A stretch of DNA of 64,000 bases, taken from NCBI GenBank assembly GCA_963707635.1, contig OY970173.1, positions 1,120,001 to 1,184,000 on the forward strand, written 5' to 3'. The notes beneath the pieces were generated by a model. The model worked only from the letters and a program-made list of their open reading frames with translations, was not told where the DNA came from and did no database searches. The stretch is from Candidatus Latescibacterota bacterium (GTDB lineage: Bacteria; Krumholzibacteriota; Krumholzibacteriia; WVZY01; JAKEHA01). Below are positions 28,329 to 36,828 of this stretch, piece after piece (the first letter of the stretch is position 1; each line of letters starts with the position of its first letter). The position numbers were made by a program, and so were the translations under genes.

Positions 28329-29764
28329 TACTTCGGGAGCGCCGGGTCGATCTCGTCCGACCAGGCGTGGATGCCACCCTTCAGGTTCCACACCCGCTCG
28401 AACCCCGCGTCCTGCAGGAATTCCACCGCCTGCGCGGAGCGAATCCCGGTCCGGCAGTGCACCACGATGTCGTGCGCCGAATCCAGCTCGTGCACGCGCG
28501 CGGCCAACTCGCCCAGCGGAATCAACCGGCCCCCGATGTTGCAGATCTGGTACTCGTGCGGCTCGCGCACGTCGAGCACCACCACGTCTTCGCCGGCGTC
28601 GAGCCGGCGCTTGAGCTCCTTTACCGCCATTTCCGGAACCGCCACGTCGTCCTGAACCTCCTCGCCGCGAATGCCGCAGAACGCGTCGTAATCGATGAGC
28701 GCGTGGAGCGTGCGGTGCACTCCGCACACGGGGCAGTCGGGATTCCTCCGCAGCTTGAGTTCCCGAAAGCGCATCTTGAGCGCGTCGAACAGGAGCAGAC
28801 GGCCGCTCAACAGGTCGCCGGCCTGCAAGATCCACTTAATGGCCTCGTTGGCCTGGATCGCCCCGACGATCCCCGGGAGGACCCCCAGCACGCCGCCCTC
28901 GGCGCAGCTCGGCACCAGCCCCGGCGGCGGCGGCGACGGGTAGAGGCAGCGATAGCACGGGCCGTCCGCCGTCGCGAACACCGTGATCTGGCCTTCGAAG
29001 CGGAAGATGCTCCCGTAGACGTACGGCTTTCCGAGCAGCACGCACGCGTCGTTGACCAGGTAGCGCGTCGGAAAATTGTCGGTGCCGTCGACGACGATAT
29101 CATAGTCGCGGATGATGTCCAGCGCGTTGGCGCTGGTGAGCCTCGTCTCGTGCAGCACGAACTCGACTTCGGGGTTCAAGTCCGCCAGGCGCTCGCGCGC
29201 GGCGTGCAGCTTGGGACGCCCGACATCCTTGGTGCCGAAGGTAACCTGTCGCTGCAGGTTGGTGGCGTCGACCACGTCGAAATCGACCAGCCCGATGCGC
29301 CCCACGCCCGCCGCGGTCAGGTACAGCCCCGCCGGCGCCCCCAGCCCGCCGGTGCCGATCAACAGCACGCGCGCGCGCTTCAGCCGCAGCTGTCCCTCGA
29401 CGGCCACCTCGGGCATGATGAGGTGGCGGCTGTAGCGCTTCACCTCCTCGGGCGAGAGCCCCTCGACCGCGTAGACATTCGGCTTCGGCGACCCGCCCGC
29501 GATGGACGGGACGATGCTCACCACGTCGCCGGCGGCGAGCGTGGTCGCGTCCTGCGCGAGATAGCGCACGTCCTCGTCGTTCACGTACACGTTCACGAAG
29601 CTGCGGAGCCGGCCGTGCTCGTCGAAGAGGTGCTTCTCGAGGTCGCGGTGCTCGGCGACGAGGCGCTGGAGCGCCTCTCCGACCGTGCGCGCGTCCACGT
29701 CCACCGCGTCGCGCGCGCCGGTGAAACGGCGCAGCGCGGACGGAATCAGAATCCGGGTTGTCAT
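28325..29764 (-). CDS. moeB: Fusion: MoaD/CysO-like ubiquitin fold + MoeB/E1 adenylyltransferase + rhodanese
   Basis: 91-aa Ubl ending SIVPSIAGG, then RYSRH, GTGGLG, NLQRQ, DGTDNF, CYRC, SCAEGG, CPVC; rhodanese HCRTGIRS. Confidence 0.9.
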   Translation of the reverse strand: MTTRILIPSALRRFTGARDAVDVDARTVGEALQRLVAEHRDLEKHLFDEHGRLRSFVNVYVNDEDVRYLAQDATTLAAGDVVSIVPSIAGGSPKPNVYAVEGLSPEEVKRYSRHLIMPEVAVEGQLRLKRARVLLIGTGGLGAPAGLYLTAAGVGRIGLVDFDVVDATNLQRQVTFGTKDVGRPKLHAARERLADLNPEVEFVLHETRLTSANALDIIRDYDIVVDGTDNFPTRYLVNDACVLLGKPYVYGSIFRFEGQITVFATADGPCYRCLYPSPPPPGLVPSCAEGGVLGVLPGIVGAIQANEAIKWILQAGDLLSGRLLLFDALKMRFRELKLRRNPDCPVCGVHRTLHALIDYDAFCGIRGEEVQDDVAVPEMAVKELKRRLDAGEDVVVLDVREPHEYQICNIGGRLIPLGELAARVHELDSAHDIVVHCRTGIRSAQAVEFLQDAGFERVWNLKGGIHAWSDEIDPALPKY

Positions 29765-29774
29765 GGATATCACC

Positions 29775-30266
29775 TCAAGCACTCTCGGCGCGCGCTGCCG
29801 GGCCCCGGCCCGGCCCCTCGCCCGCGATGGGTTCGAACGTGAAGGCGTGGCGGTCGTCGTCCAGCACCCAGCTCGTCAGGTCGGCGGGTGTCTCTCCGGC
29901 GCGGCCGGCGCGCACCGAAATGATGACGTACGAGTACCACGGCAGCGCGTGCTCGCGGTCGTACTCCGACGGGCGCGCGGGATGGTCGGGATGCGAATGG
30001 TAGAACCCGAGCACGTCGAGCGCGCGCTCGCACGCCTCGCGTTCGATGGCCCGGTAATCGTCGGGCGTGATGAGAAAGCGACGCGGCGCGGCTTCGGCCT
30101 CGCGGCGGTTCTCCGCCGCGCGCAACGCGATTACCACGCGCGTCTCGCCGGCGCCCGCTGCCGACGGTTCGACGCGGCCCAGGAGCGCGCCGCAACATTC
30201 GTGCGGGTAGTCGCGCCGGGCGTGGTCGCGAATCGCTCCTACCAGGGCGTCGGGGATGTGGATCAC
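29775..30266 (-). CDS. JAB/MPN+ (M67, Mec-like) metallopeptidase
   Basis: YPHECCGALLG and YHSHPDHPARPSEYD; GTGA overlap with the cysM stop; RBS GGAGG. Confidence 0.9.
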   Translation of the reverse strand: MIHIPDALVGAIRDHARRDYPHECCGALLGRVEPSAAGAGETRVVIALRAAENRREAEAAPRRFLITPDDYRAIEREACERALDVLGFYHSHPDHPARPSEYDREHALPWYSYVIISVRAGRAGETPADLTSWVLDDDRHAFTFEPIAGEGPGRGPAARAESA

Positions 30267-31246
30267 GCCGGTTCCTCCGTACTCTCTTCGGGCAGCTCCT
30301 GCCAGAATCGCTCGTTTAAGTACTTCTCGCCGTGGTCGGGGAAGATGGTCACGATCATGGCCGGGCGGCCGGGCGGAATCCGCCGCGCCACCTCCAGGCA
30401 CGCCACCAGCGCGGCCCCGGACGACACGCCGACCAGCATTCCCTCCTGGCGAATCAGCCGCTTCACCGCGCGGTACGCGTCTTCGGTGCGCACCTCGATG
30501 TTTTGGTCGGCGAGCGACGGGTCGTAGATGGCGGGCACCCTCGCGCTCGGCATGTGCTTCATTCCTTCGAGCCCGTGAAACGGCGCGTCCGGCTGGACGG
30601 AAATGCACCGGACGCGCGGGTTGAGCTCGCGCAGGCGCCGCGTCGTGCCGGTGAAAGTCCCGCTGGTCCCGAGCACGCTGACGAAATGGGTGAGGCAGCC
30701 GGCGGTCTGATTCCAGATCTCCCACGCGGTTCCTTCGTAGTGGGCGCGCCAGTTGTCGTCGTTGTCATACTGGTTCAGGTACACATAGCGCTCGGGGTCG
30801 GCGGCGTAAATGGCCCGCGCTCGCTCGATGGCGCCGTCCGCGCCGAGACCGGGGTCGGTGAGGGTCAGGGTGGCTCCGAACGCGTGCAGGATCCGGATGC
30901 GTTCCGGGCTCGCGTTGGCCGGCAGTGTCAAATGGACCGGGTGGCCACGTGACGCGCCGATCATGGCGTAGCCGATGCCGGTGTTCCCCGAGGTGGCGTC
31001 CAGGATGGTGCGTCCCGCGGTGAGGCGGCCGGACTGCTCCGCGGCCAGGATCATCCGCAGCGCGGGCCGGTCCTTGACCGAACCGCCGGGATTGAGCCAC
31101 TCGGCCTTGGCGTAGATCGAGACGTGGGGAAGGTCGCGGTCGACCCGTTCTAATCGAAACAGGGGCGTCCGGCCGACTTTCGACAGGATCGACTCACTCT
31201 CGGACCCCTGGTTGGGCCGGATGAGGCGAAGTGGGATCGACAACAT
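30263..31246 (-). CDS. cysM: PLP-dependent cysteine synthase (CysM-like)
   Basis: GRTPL, KAEWLNPGGSVKDR, ATSGNTG, GTSGT, GVSSGA, FPDHGEKYL. Confidence 0.9.
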   Translation of the reverse strand: MLSIPLRLIRPNQGSESESILSKVGRTPLFRLERVDRDLPHVSIYAKAEWLNPGGSVKDRPALRMILAAEQSGRLTAGRTILDATSGNTGIGYAMIGASRGHPVHLTLPANASPERIRILHAFGATLTLTDPGLGADGAIERARAIYAADPERYVYLNQYDNDDNWRAHYEGTAWEIWNQTAGCLTHFVSVLGTSGTFTGTTRRLRELNPRVRCISVQPDAPFHGLEGMKHMPSARVPAIYDPSLADQNIEVRTEDAYRAVKRLIRQEGMLVGVSSGAALVACLEVARRIPPGRPAMIVTIFPDHGEKYLNERFWQELPEESTEEPA

Positions 31247-31499
31247 GGCAGGCGCATGGCGATATCGGACTTCTTTGGTGCGATTTAGCCGTTTCAAAAA
31301 CGCGCCCCCCAGGCGCGCACCGCAAAGCATAGCACCGGTTTCCCGCTCCCGCAAGATCCTGGGCGGCCCGGCGGGCCCGCTTCATGCTCAAAACGGCGTG
31401 GAACCTGCTGCAGCGGCAGCGTATAATACCGATGCCGCCCCCCGGACGAGGGCCATCCAGCCGGTATCGTTACTCATTGAAAGGAAACGGCTTCGAAAA

Positions 31500-32552
31500 A
31501 TGACCTCCGCGAGAAACCGTACGAGAAATGTGCTCGTCAGTACTGCTGTGTGGCTCGCCGCGGCCGTTGCCTCCGGATCGGGAGCCCAGGAAGCGGCGAA
31601 GAGTGCCTCCGGAGAGGCCTCCGTCGAGATTCCGAAGATGAGAATCGACCTCGGCAAGGTCTACGAGCGCGACACGTACGAGTACAACTTCGTCGTTCGC
31701 AACAAGGGCAGCGCGAACCTCGTGATTGACGTCAAGCCGGGGTGCGGGTGCACCGCGGCCAGGTTCGACAGCGTGATCGCTCCCGGCAAGGAGGGCAACA
31801 TCGCGCTGATCGTCGACGGCCACCGGGTGGACGGGGAGTTCACGAAGCAGGCGACGGTCGTGACCAACGATCCTAAGTACCCGGAGCTGATGATCTTCGT
31901 GGAGGGATCGAAGATTCCGTTTCTGACCGTCACGCCGCCGGGGATGATCTTCCTGCAGGGGCTCTACGGAGAGCCGGTCGAGCAGGAGCTTACCATTGTG
32001 TCCAACGAGGAGGGTCTGGATCTGAAGGTGCTCTCCATCCGCTCGGACATGGACGACAAGATCAGCTACGAGGCGAAGCCGGGTGCGAAGAAGGGTGAGT
32101 ACAGGCTGCGCGTGAGCAAGAACCCCAAGCTCCCGACGACGTCGGCGTACGGTTCGCTTATCGTCACCACCAACAGCACGCGCCACCCGGAGGCGATCCT
32201 GCAAGTGCGAGTGTTGACGAAGGGTTCGATCAGTGTCAGCCCCAATGTCCTCAACTTCGGCGCGGTCAAATTCGCGGAAGGGGACACTCGCGCCGAGCCC
32301 GTGTCGCGGTACGTCATGCTGACCAAGACGACGGCGGGCCGCTTCCAGATTCAAAACGTCACCGTGGACAATCCACACTTCGTCGCCAAGGTCGAGCCGA
32401 TCAACGCGGGCGAAATCTATCGCGTCAACGTGACCTTCACGCCGCCGGTGAAGAGGACGAAGCGCCAGAACGAGAGGGCGGAAATGATCATTCTTACCGA
32501 TGACGAGCAGGCGCCGTCGATTAGCGTCCAGCTCGTGGCGCGGACGATGTAA
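31500..32552 (+). CDS. Exported DUF1573-domain protein (Cys form, CGC motif) with further Ig-like domains
   Basis: Signal peptide; F.VRNKG..NL.I..VKPGCGCT....IAPGKEG.I; K..TV.TNDP. Confidence 0.85.
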   Translation: MTSARNRTRNVLVSTAVWLAAAVASGSGAQEAAKSASGEASVEIPKMRIDLGKVYERDTYEYNFVVRNKGSANLVIDVKPGCGCTAARFDSVIAPGKEGNIALIVDGHRVDGEFTKQATVVTNDPKYPELMIFVEGSKIPFLTVTPPGMIFLQGLYGEPVEQELTIVSNEEGLDLKVLSIRSDMDDKISYEAKPGAKKGEYRLRVSKNPKLPTTSAYGSLIVTTNSTRHPEAILQVRVLTKGSISVSPNVLNFGAVKFAEGDTRAEPVSRYVMLTKTTAGRFQIQNVTVDNPHFVAKVEPINAGEIYRVNVTFTPPVKRTKRQNERAEMIILTDDEQAPSISVQLVARTM

Positions 32553-32577
32553 CACAGGCGTTGCGAGGAGTGCAGAG

Positions 32578-33612
32578 ATGAAAAGTCGCTACCTGGCTAC
32601 CGTGCTCGTACTGGCAATTGCGCTGCCGGGGGTAAGTTCCGCGCAGGACGACAAGCAGAAATCGAAGGGCCCCAAGCCGGTGATCGAGATTCCCGACATG
32701 ACGTTCAACCTCGGCACGGTCTTCGAGCGCGCCAAGTATGACCACACCTTCACGGTGCGCAACCGGGGCAACGGCGACCTCATCATCGAGGACGTGAAGC
32801 CTGGGTGAGGATGCACCGTGGCCAAGTTCGACAAGGTCATCCCTCCTGGTCAGGAGGGGAAAATCGAAGTTTCGCTCAACGGTGAAAAGGTGCACGGCAC
32901 GTTCAGCAAGACGGCGACCGTGACGAGCAACGATCCGGTGCACACGCACATCACGCTGGCTATAGAAGGGACCGAGATCCCGTACCTCAACATCGTGCCG
33001 GAGGGAGTTGTGTATCTCCATGGCCGCTACGGCGAGGTCATCGAGAAGACGCTGAAGATCACGTCGAACGAGGAGGACCCGAATTTCAAGATAACGAGCG
33101 TGACCTCCAACGTCGACGACAAGGTGACGTACCGCGTCGAGCCCGGCGCGAAGCCGGGCGAGTATGCGCTCCACGTGTTCAAGAACTCGAAGCTGCCGAC
33201 GATGTCGACGTTCGGAAATCTGTTCATCCACACCAACAGCCAGAACGCCCCCGAGACCACGCTACCGGTGCAGATAATGACCAAGGGGTCGATTTCGGTC
33301 AGCCCGACGTCGGTGAACTTCGGCGTGTTGAAGTTCACGGACGAGAACGGCCCGGGAACGCCGGCGACGCGCAGCGTGGTCGTGTCGAAATTGACGGGGC
33401 AGTTCTCGATCAAGGAAATCACGGTGAACAACCCCGAGTTCGCCGCGGGGCTCGAGCCGGTGACGCCGGGGCAGCAGTATCGAATCCAGGTGACATTCAC
33501 GCCTCCCACCCGAACGGCGTCGGGGCAGACCGAGTTCGCGGAGATGGTCCTCCACACCGACGATCCGCAGGAACCGGAGCTCCGCGTTCAGCTCATCGCA
33601 CGCGCCAGGTAA
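32578..33612 (+). CDS. Exported DUF1573-domain paralog with in-frame TGA (codon 77), probable selenoprotein (UGC motif)
   Basis: RBS GAGGAG and signal peptide. Reads DVKPG-TGA-GCTVAKFD against DVKPGCGCTAARFD in the upstream paralog. Homology continues in the same frame to the C-terminus. Confidence 0.8.
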
Positions 33613-33627
33613 CGCCAAAGGAAGTTC

Positions 33628-34680
33628 ATGAACAGGAACGTCATGATAGCGGTGGGGCTCGTGGTGGTCGTGGTTGCCGGCGGGATGCTGGTCGCGGGCC
33701 GGAGCAAGGAGGCGCCGGTGGATGCGGTTGCCGCGTCGGCCCAGATCAAGGATGAGGGGACGAAGGCGCTCGGCGAGCCGCCGACGGCGAACGTCACCCT
33801 GCCGCCCGGCGCCAACGCGTCCGCGGTGTACGCGGCGCTCACCGAGCAGATCAAAACGGTTTCCCAGCAGGCCATGTCTTCAGAAGCGCCGGATCTGCGG
33901 ACGCGGGCGTTCATGGAGATCGAGGCCAAGCTGATCGCGTTCCGCAAGGCCTACCCGGGTACGCCCGAAGCGCTCGACGCCGCATTCCAGCTCGGCACCA
34001 TGGAGTTCGGCATGCAGAGGCCGGACCAGGCGCTCCCGTATCTAGTCGAGTTCGTCGCGAAGGCGAACGAATCCCTGCACGAACAGGTGGGCTACGCGCG
34101 CTTCTATCTCGCGGAGATTTATCGCGGGCAGGGAAAGTACGACGCCGCCGAAGGCGAGTACAAGCTGGTGATTTCGAAGTACAAGGACGTCAATCCGCGC
34201 CTCACCCAGTACGCGCAGACCAACCTCGACGGCCTCACGGCCGAGCGCAAGATCGCGGTGGGAGCGGAGCCGGTTGCGTTCAGCGTGACCAGCATCGACG
34301 GCAAGAAGCTCTCGCCGGCCGACTACAAGGGTAAGGTGCTGCTCATCGATTTCTGGGCCACCTGGTGCGGTCCCTGCGTCATGGAAATGCCGAACGTCAA
34401 GAGCGTCTACAGCCGGTACCACGCGAAGGGTTTTGAGATCGTCGGCATCTCGCTGGATCAGTCGCGCGACAAGCTCGACGCATACCTCCAGCAGCAGCAG
34501 ATCGAATGGCCGCAGTACTTTGACGGCAAGTGGTGGAGCAACGACGTCGCCGTGAAGTACGGGATTACATCGATTCCCACCACCGTGCTCATCGACCGAA
34601 AGGGAAAGATCCGTTACAAGACCCTGCGCGGGAAACAGCTGGAAAAGGCCGTGCAGGAACTCCTGGACGAGGAAGTCTGA
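33628..34680 (+). CDS. Membrane-anchored TPR + TlpA-family thiol-disulfide oxidoreductase
   Basis: N-terminal TM segment, TPR repeats, GKVLLIDFWATWCGPC, GISLD, IPTT.LIDRKG. Confidence 0.9.
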   Translation: MNRNVMIAVGLVVVVVAGGMLVAGRSKEAPVDAVAASAQIKDEGTKALGEPPTANVTLPPGANASAVYAALTEQIKTVSQQAMSSEAPDLRTRAFMEIEAKLIAFRKAYPGTPEALDAAFQLGTMEFGMQRPDQALPYLVEFVAKANESLHEQVGYARFYLAEIYRGQGKYDAAEGEYKLVISKYKDVNPRLTQYAQTNLDGLTAERKIAVGAEPVAFSVTSIDGKKLSPADYKGKVLLIDFWATWCGPCVMEMPNVKSVYSRYHAKGFEIVGISLDQSRDKLDAYLQQQQIEWPQYFDGKWWSNDVAVKYGITSIPTTVLIDRKGKIRYKTLRGKQLEKAVQELLDEEV

Positions 34681-34704
34681 CCGTATACGCCCGCAGGGCG
34701 CACG

Positions 34705-34738
34705 AGGCGGCCGGGCACGCGCCCGGCCGCCTTTTTTT
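34705..34738 (+). terminator. Intrinsic terminator
   Basis: AGGCGGCCGGGC-ACGC-GCCCGGCCGCCT followed by a T run. Confidence 0.85.
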
Positions 34739-34742
34739 CTGA

Positions 34743-35972
34743 TCAGCCGCGCCCGGTCAACTCGTCGACGATCGTCATTTCATCCCGGATGCGCCGGTCC
34801 CACGATACGAACTTCTCCTGCGCGAGCCGCCGGGCCGCCTCGGCCAGACGCGCGCGTCGCTGTTCGTCGCCGAGGAGCCGCCCGATCGCGGCCGCCAGCG
34901 CATCGACGTCGCCATCCTTCACCACCAGCCCGGTTGCTTCGTCCCGGACCACGGTGGTGGTGTCGCCGGTGTCGTATGCGATCACCGGGACGCCGCAGAT
35001 CATCGCCTCGCACGTCGGCAGCGCGCGGTTGGTCAGCGTGCTGGTGGAGACGAAGACGTCCGCGGCGGCCATTAGAGTCGGCACGTCGTCGTGGGCGACG
35101 GTGCCCAGGAAGTGGGTTCGCTCCGTCAGACGGAGTTCTCGCGCCGCCTGCTCGCAGGCGCGGCGCTGACTGCCGTCGCCGGCGAACACGAATCGCGCCG
35201 GCGCTTCCACGCGGGCGGCGGCGTGCAGGAGGTCGAGCGGCCGTTTCGATTCGACCAGCCGGGCCAGGAACAGCACGACGGGGCCGTCCGACGGCAGCTC
35301 GAACTTCGCGCGCGCGGCCGAGCGGTCGACCTTCGCGTCCATCCACTCCATATTGAGCCCGTTGGGGAGAAAGTGGATGCGGCCCCAGGGGATCCCGCGC
35401 CCGCGCAGGATCCGGTCCCCGCGCGTGCCGTCGTCGAGCACGATCCATGCGTCCTGCGGAAACTCGAGGGCGAGGAGCTGCTCGACGTTCTTGAACCAGT
35501 ACTTGAGCGGCGGCCACTCGGTGTGGACCAGGTCCATCACGCCGAAGAGTTTCACCGCGGAGCGCACGCCCAGGCGCCGGGCGCAGAGCCAGGTGGCGAA
35601 GGTCGAGTAGTGCGAGTGCCCGAGCACGAGGTCGGCCCCCAGCGACTTCGCGAGCGACAGCGCGCGCGGTGCGACCAGCACGTGAAATAGGAGCGGCCAC
35701 AGCGGGCGCTTGAATGGAGTGGGAAGCCACCGCGTGAGCCGGAAGAAGTTGGGATAGAAGTGCGTGGTCACGCGGGGGTCGCGCTTCGCGGAGCGCGGGC
35801 GGAGAAAGTGAAGTTGGTAGCCGGCGCGGATGAAGCCGTCGATGAAGCGATCGTCGTCGGAGACGCCGGCGGCGACGTCATCGCGGCCCAGGGACCACAC
35901 CGTCTCCCACGGCGAGACGACCAGGATGCACGCCCGGTCCGGGCGCGCGGGTGGTTCGCGCCCGCTGCTCAC
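34743..35972 (-). CDS. GT4 family glycosyltransferase
   Basis: LPNG, FLARLVESK, AGDG, EAMICGVPVI; GTGA overlap with the upstream gene. Confidence 0.85.
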   Translation of the reverse strand: MSSGREPPARPDRACILVVSPWETVWSLGRDDVAAGVSDDDRFIDGFIRAGYQLHFLRPRSAKRDPRVTTHFYPNFFRLTRWLPTPFKRPLWPLLFHVLVAPRALSLAKSLGADLVLGHSHYSTFATWLCARRLGVRSAVKLFGVMDLVHTEWPPLKYWFKNVEQLLALEFPQDAWIVLDDGTRGDRILRGRGIPWGRIHFLPNGLNMEWMDAKVDRSAARAKFELPSDGPVVLFLARLVESKRPLDLLHAAARVEAPARFVFAGDGSQRRACEQAARELRLTERTHFLGTVAHDDVPTLMAAADVFVSTSTLTNRALPTCEAMICGVPVIAYDTGDTTTVVRDEATGLVVKDGDVDALAAAIGRLLGDEQRRARLAEAARRLAQEKFVSWDRRIRDEMTIVDELTGRG

Positions 35973-36826
35973 CCGATCCTGCACGACAACGAGCCGATCC
36001 GGCCGATGGTTGCGACGAGGCGGTCGCCGCGCGCGAGGAAGCGCGGCGGCTTGCGATAGACGCCCACGCCCGCGGGCGTCCCGGTCGCGACCACGTCGCC
36101 CGGTTCGAGCGTGGCGGTCTGGGAAATGTGGTGGACGAGGAAGTCGACGGTGAACGTCATGCGGTCGGTGCGGCTCGACTGCATGGTCTCGCCGTTCAAG
36201 GCGAGCGCGATGTCGAGCGCGTGCGGGTCCGGAACCTCGTCGCGCGTAACCAGCCACGGGCCGAAGGGGCCGCTCCCGTCCGCGCTCTTGGCGCGAAACC
36301 ACTGCTTCTCCTTCGCCTGGAGGTCGCGCGCGGTCAGGTCCATGAACACCGAGTATCCCGCGACGTACTCATACGCCCCCTCGAGCGGAACCCGGCGCGC
36401 GCGGCGTCCGATCACGAACGCCAGCTCGACCTCGTAGTCGAACTGTTCGACGCCGATCGGATATGGCACCGTGTCGCCGTCGCCGCAAATCGAGTTCGGT
36501 CCCTTCGCGAACATCATCGGGTAGTCGGGCGCGGCCTTGCCCTGCTCCTCGGCGTGGTCGGCGTAGTTCAGACCCAGGCAGACGATCTTCGACGGGTTGA
36601 CGATCGGCGGTCCAAGCCGCACGTCGGTTCGCGGATGGCGCGCGGCGCGGGGCAGCGTGTCCGCGCGCCCGACGATTGCCCGGACCTCGTCCAGCGCCTC
36701 GCCGGCGAGGATGTCGCGCACGGTTCTGGGGAAGGACGAGGATACGGCACCGAGATCGACCACGGTGTCGCCTACGACGACGCCCGGCTTCTCTTCGCCG
36801 GCGGGACCGAAGCTCACCAGTTTCAT
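35969..36826 (-). CDS. Fumarylacetoacetate hydrolase family protein
   Basis: KIVCLGLNYADH, DYEVEL, TARDLQ, TGTPAGVG. Confidence 0.9.
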   Translation of the reverse strand: MKLVSFGPAGEEKPGVVVGDTVVDLGAVSSSFPRTVRDILAGEALDEVRAIVGRADTLPRAARHPRTDVRLGPPIVNPSKIVCLGLNYADHAEEQGKAAPDYPMMFAKGPNSICGDGDTVPYPIGVEQFDYEVELAFVIGRRARRVPLEGAYEYVAGYSVFMDLTARDLQAKEKQWFRAKSADGSGPFGPWLVTRDEVPDPHALDIALALNGETMQSSRTDRMTFTVDFLVHHISQTATLEPGDVVATGTPAGVGVYRKPPRFLARGDRLVATIGRIGSLSCRIG

Positions 36827-36828
36827 GG

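Noticed and set aside
28325..30266. Anti-phage ubiquitin-like conjugation system (Bil or CBASS Cap2/Cap3 type)
   Set aside because: No E2 or CD-NTase; the E1 has a rhodanese domain and the operon includes cysteine synthase, which fits sulfur transfer.
32818..33612. Independent 264-aa gene starting at GTG 32818
   Set aside because: It would split the DUF1573 domain at its CxC motif and lack a signal peptide. Not fully excluded, because GAGGA lies 6 nt upstream of the GTG.
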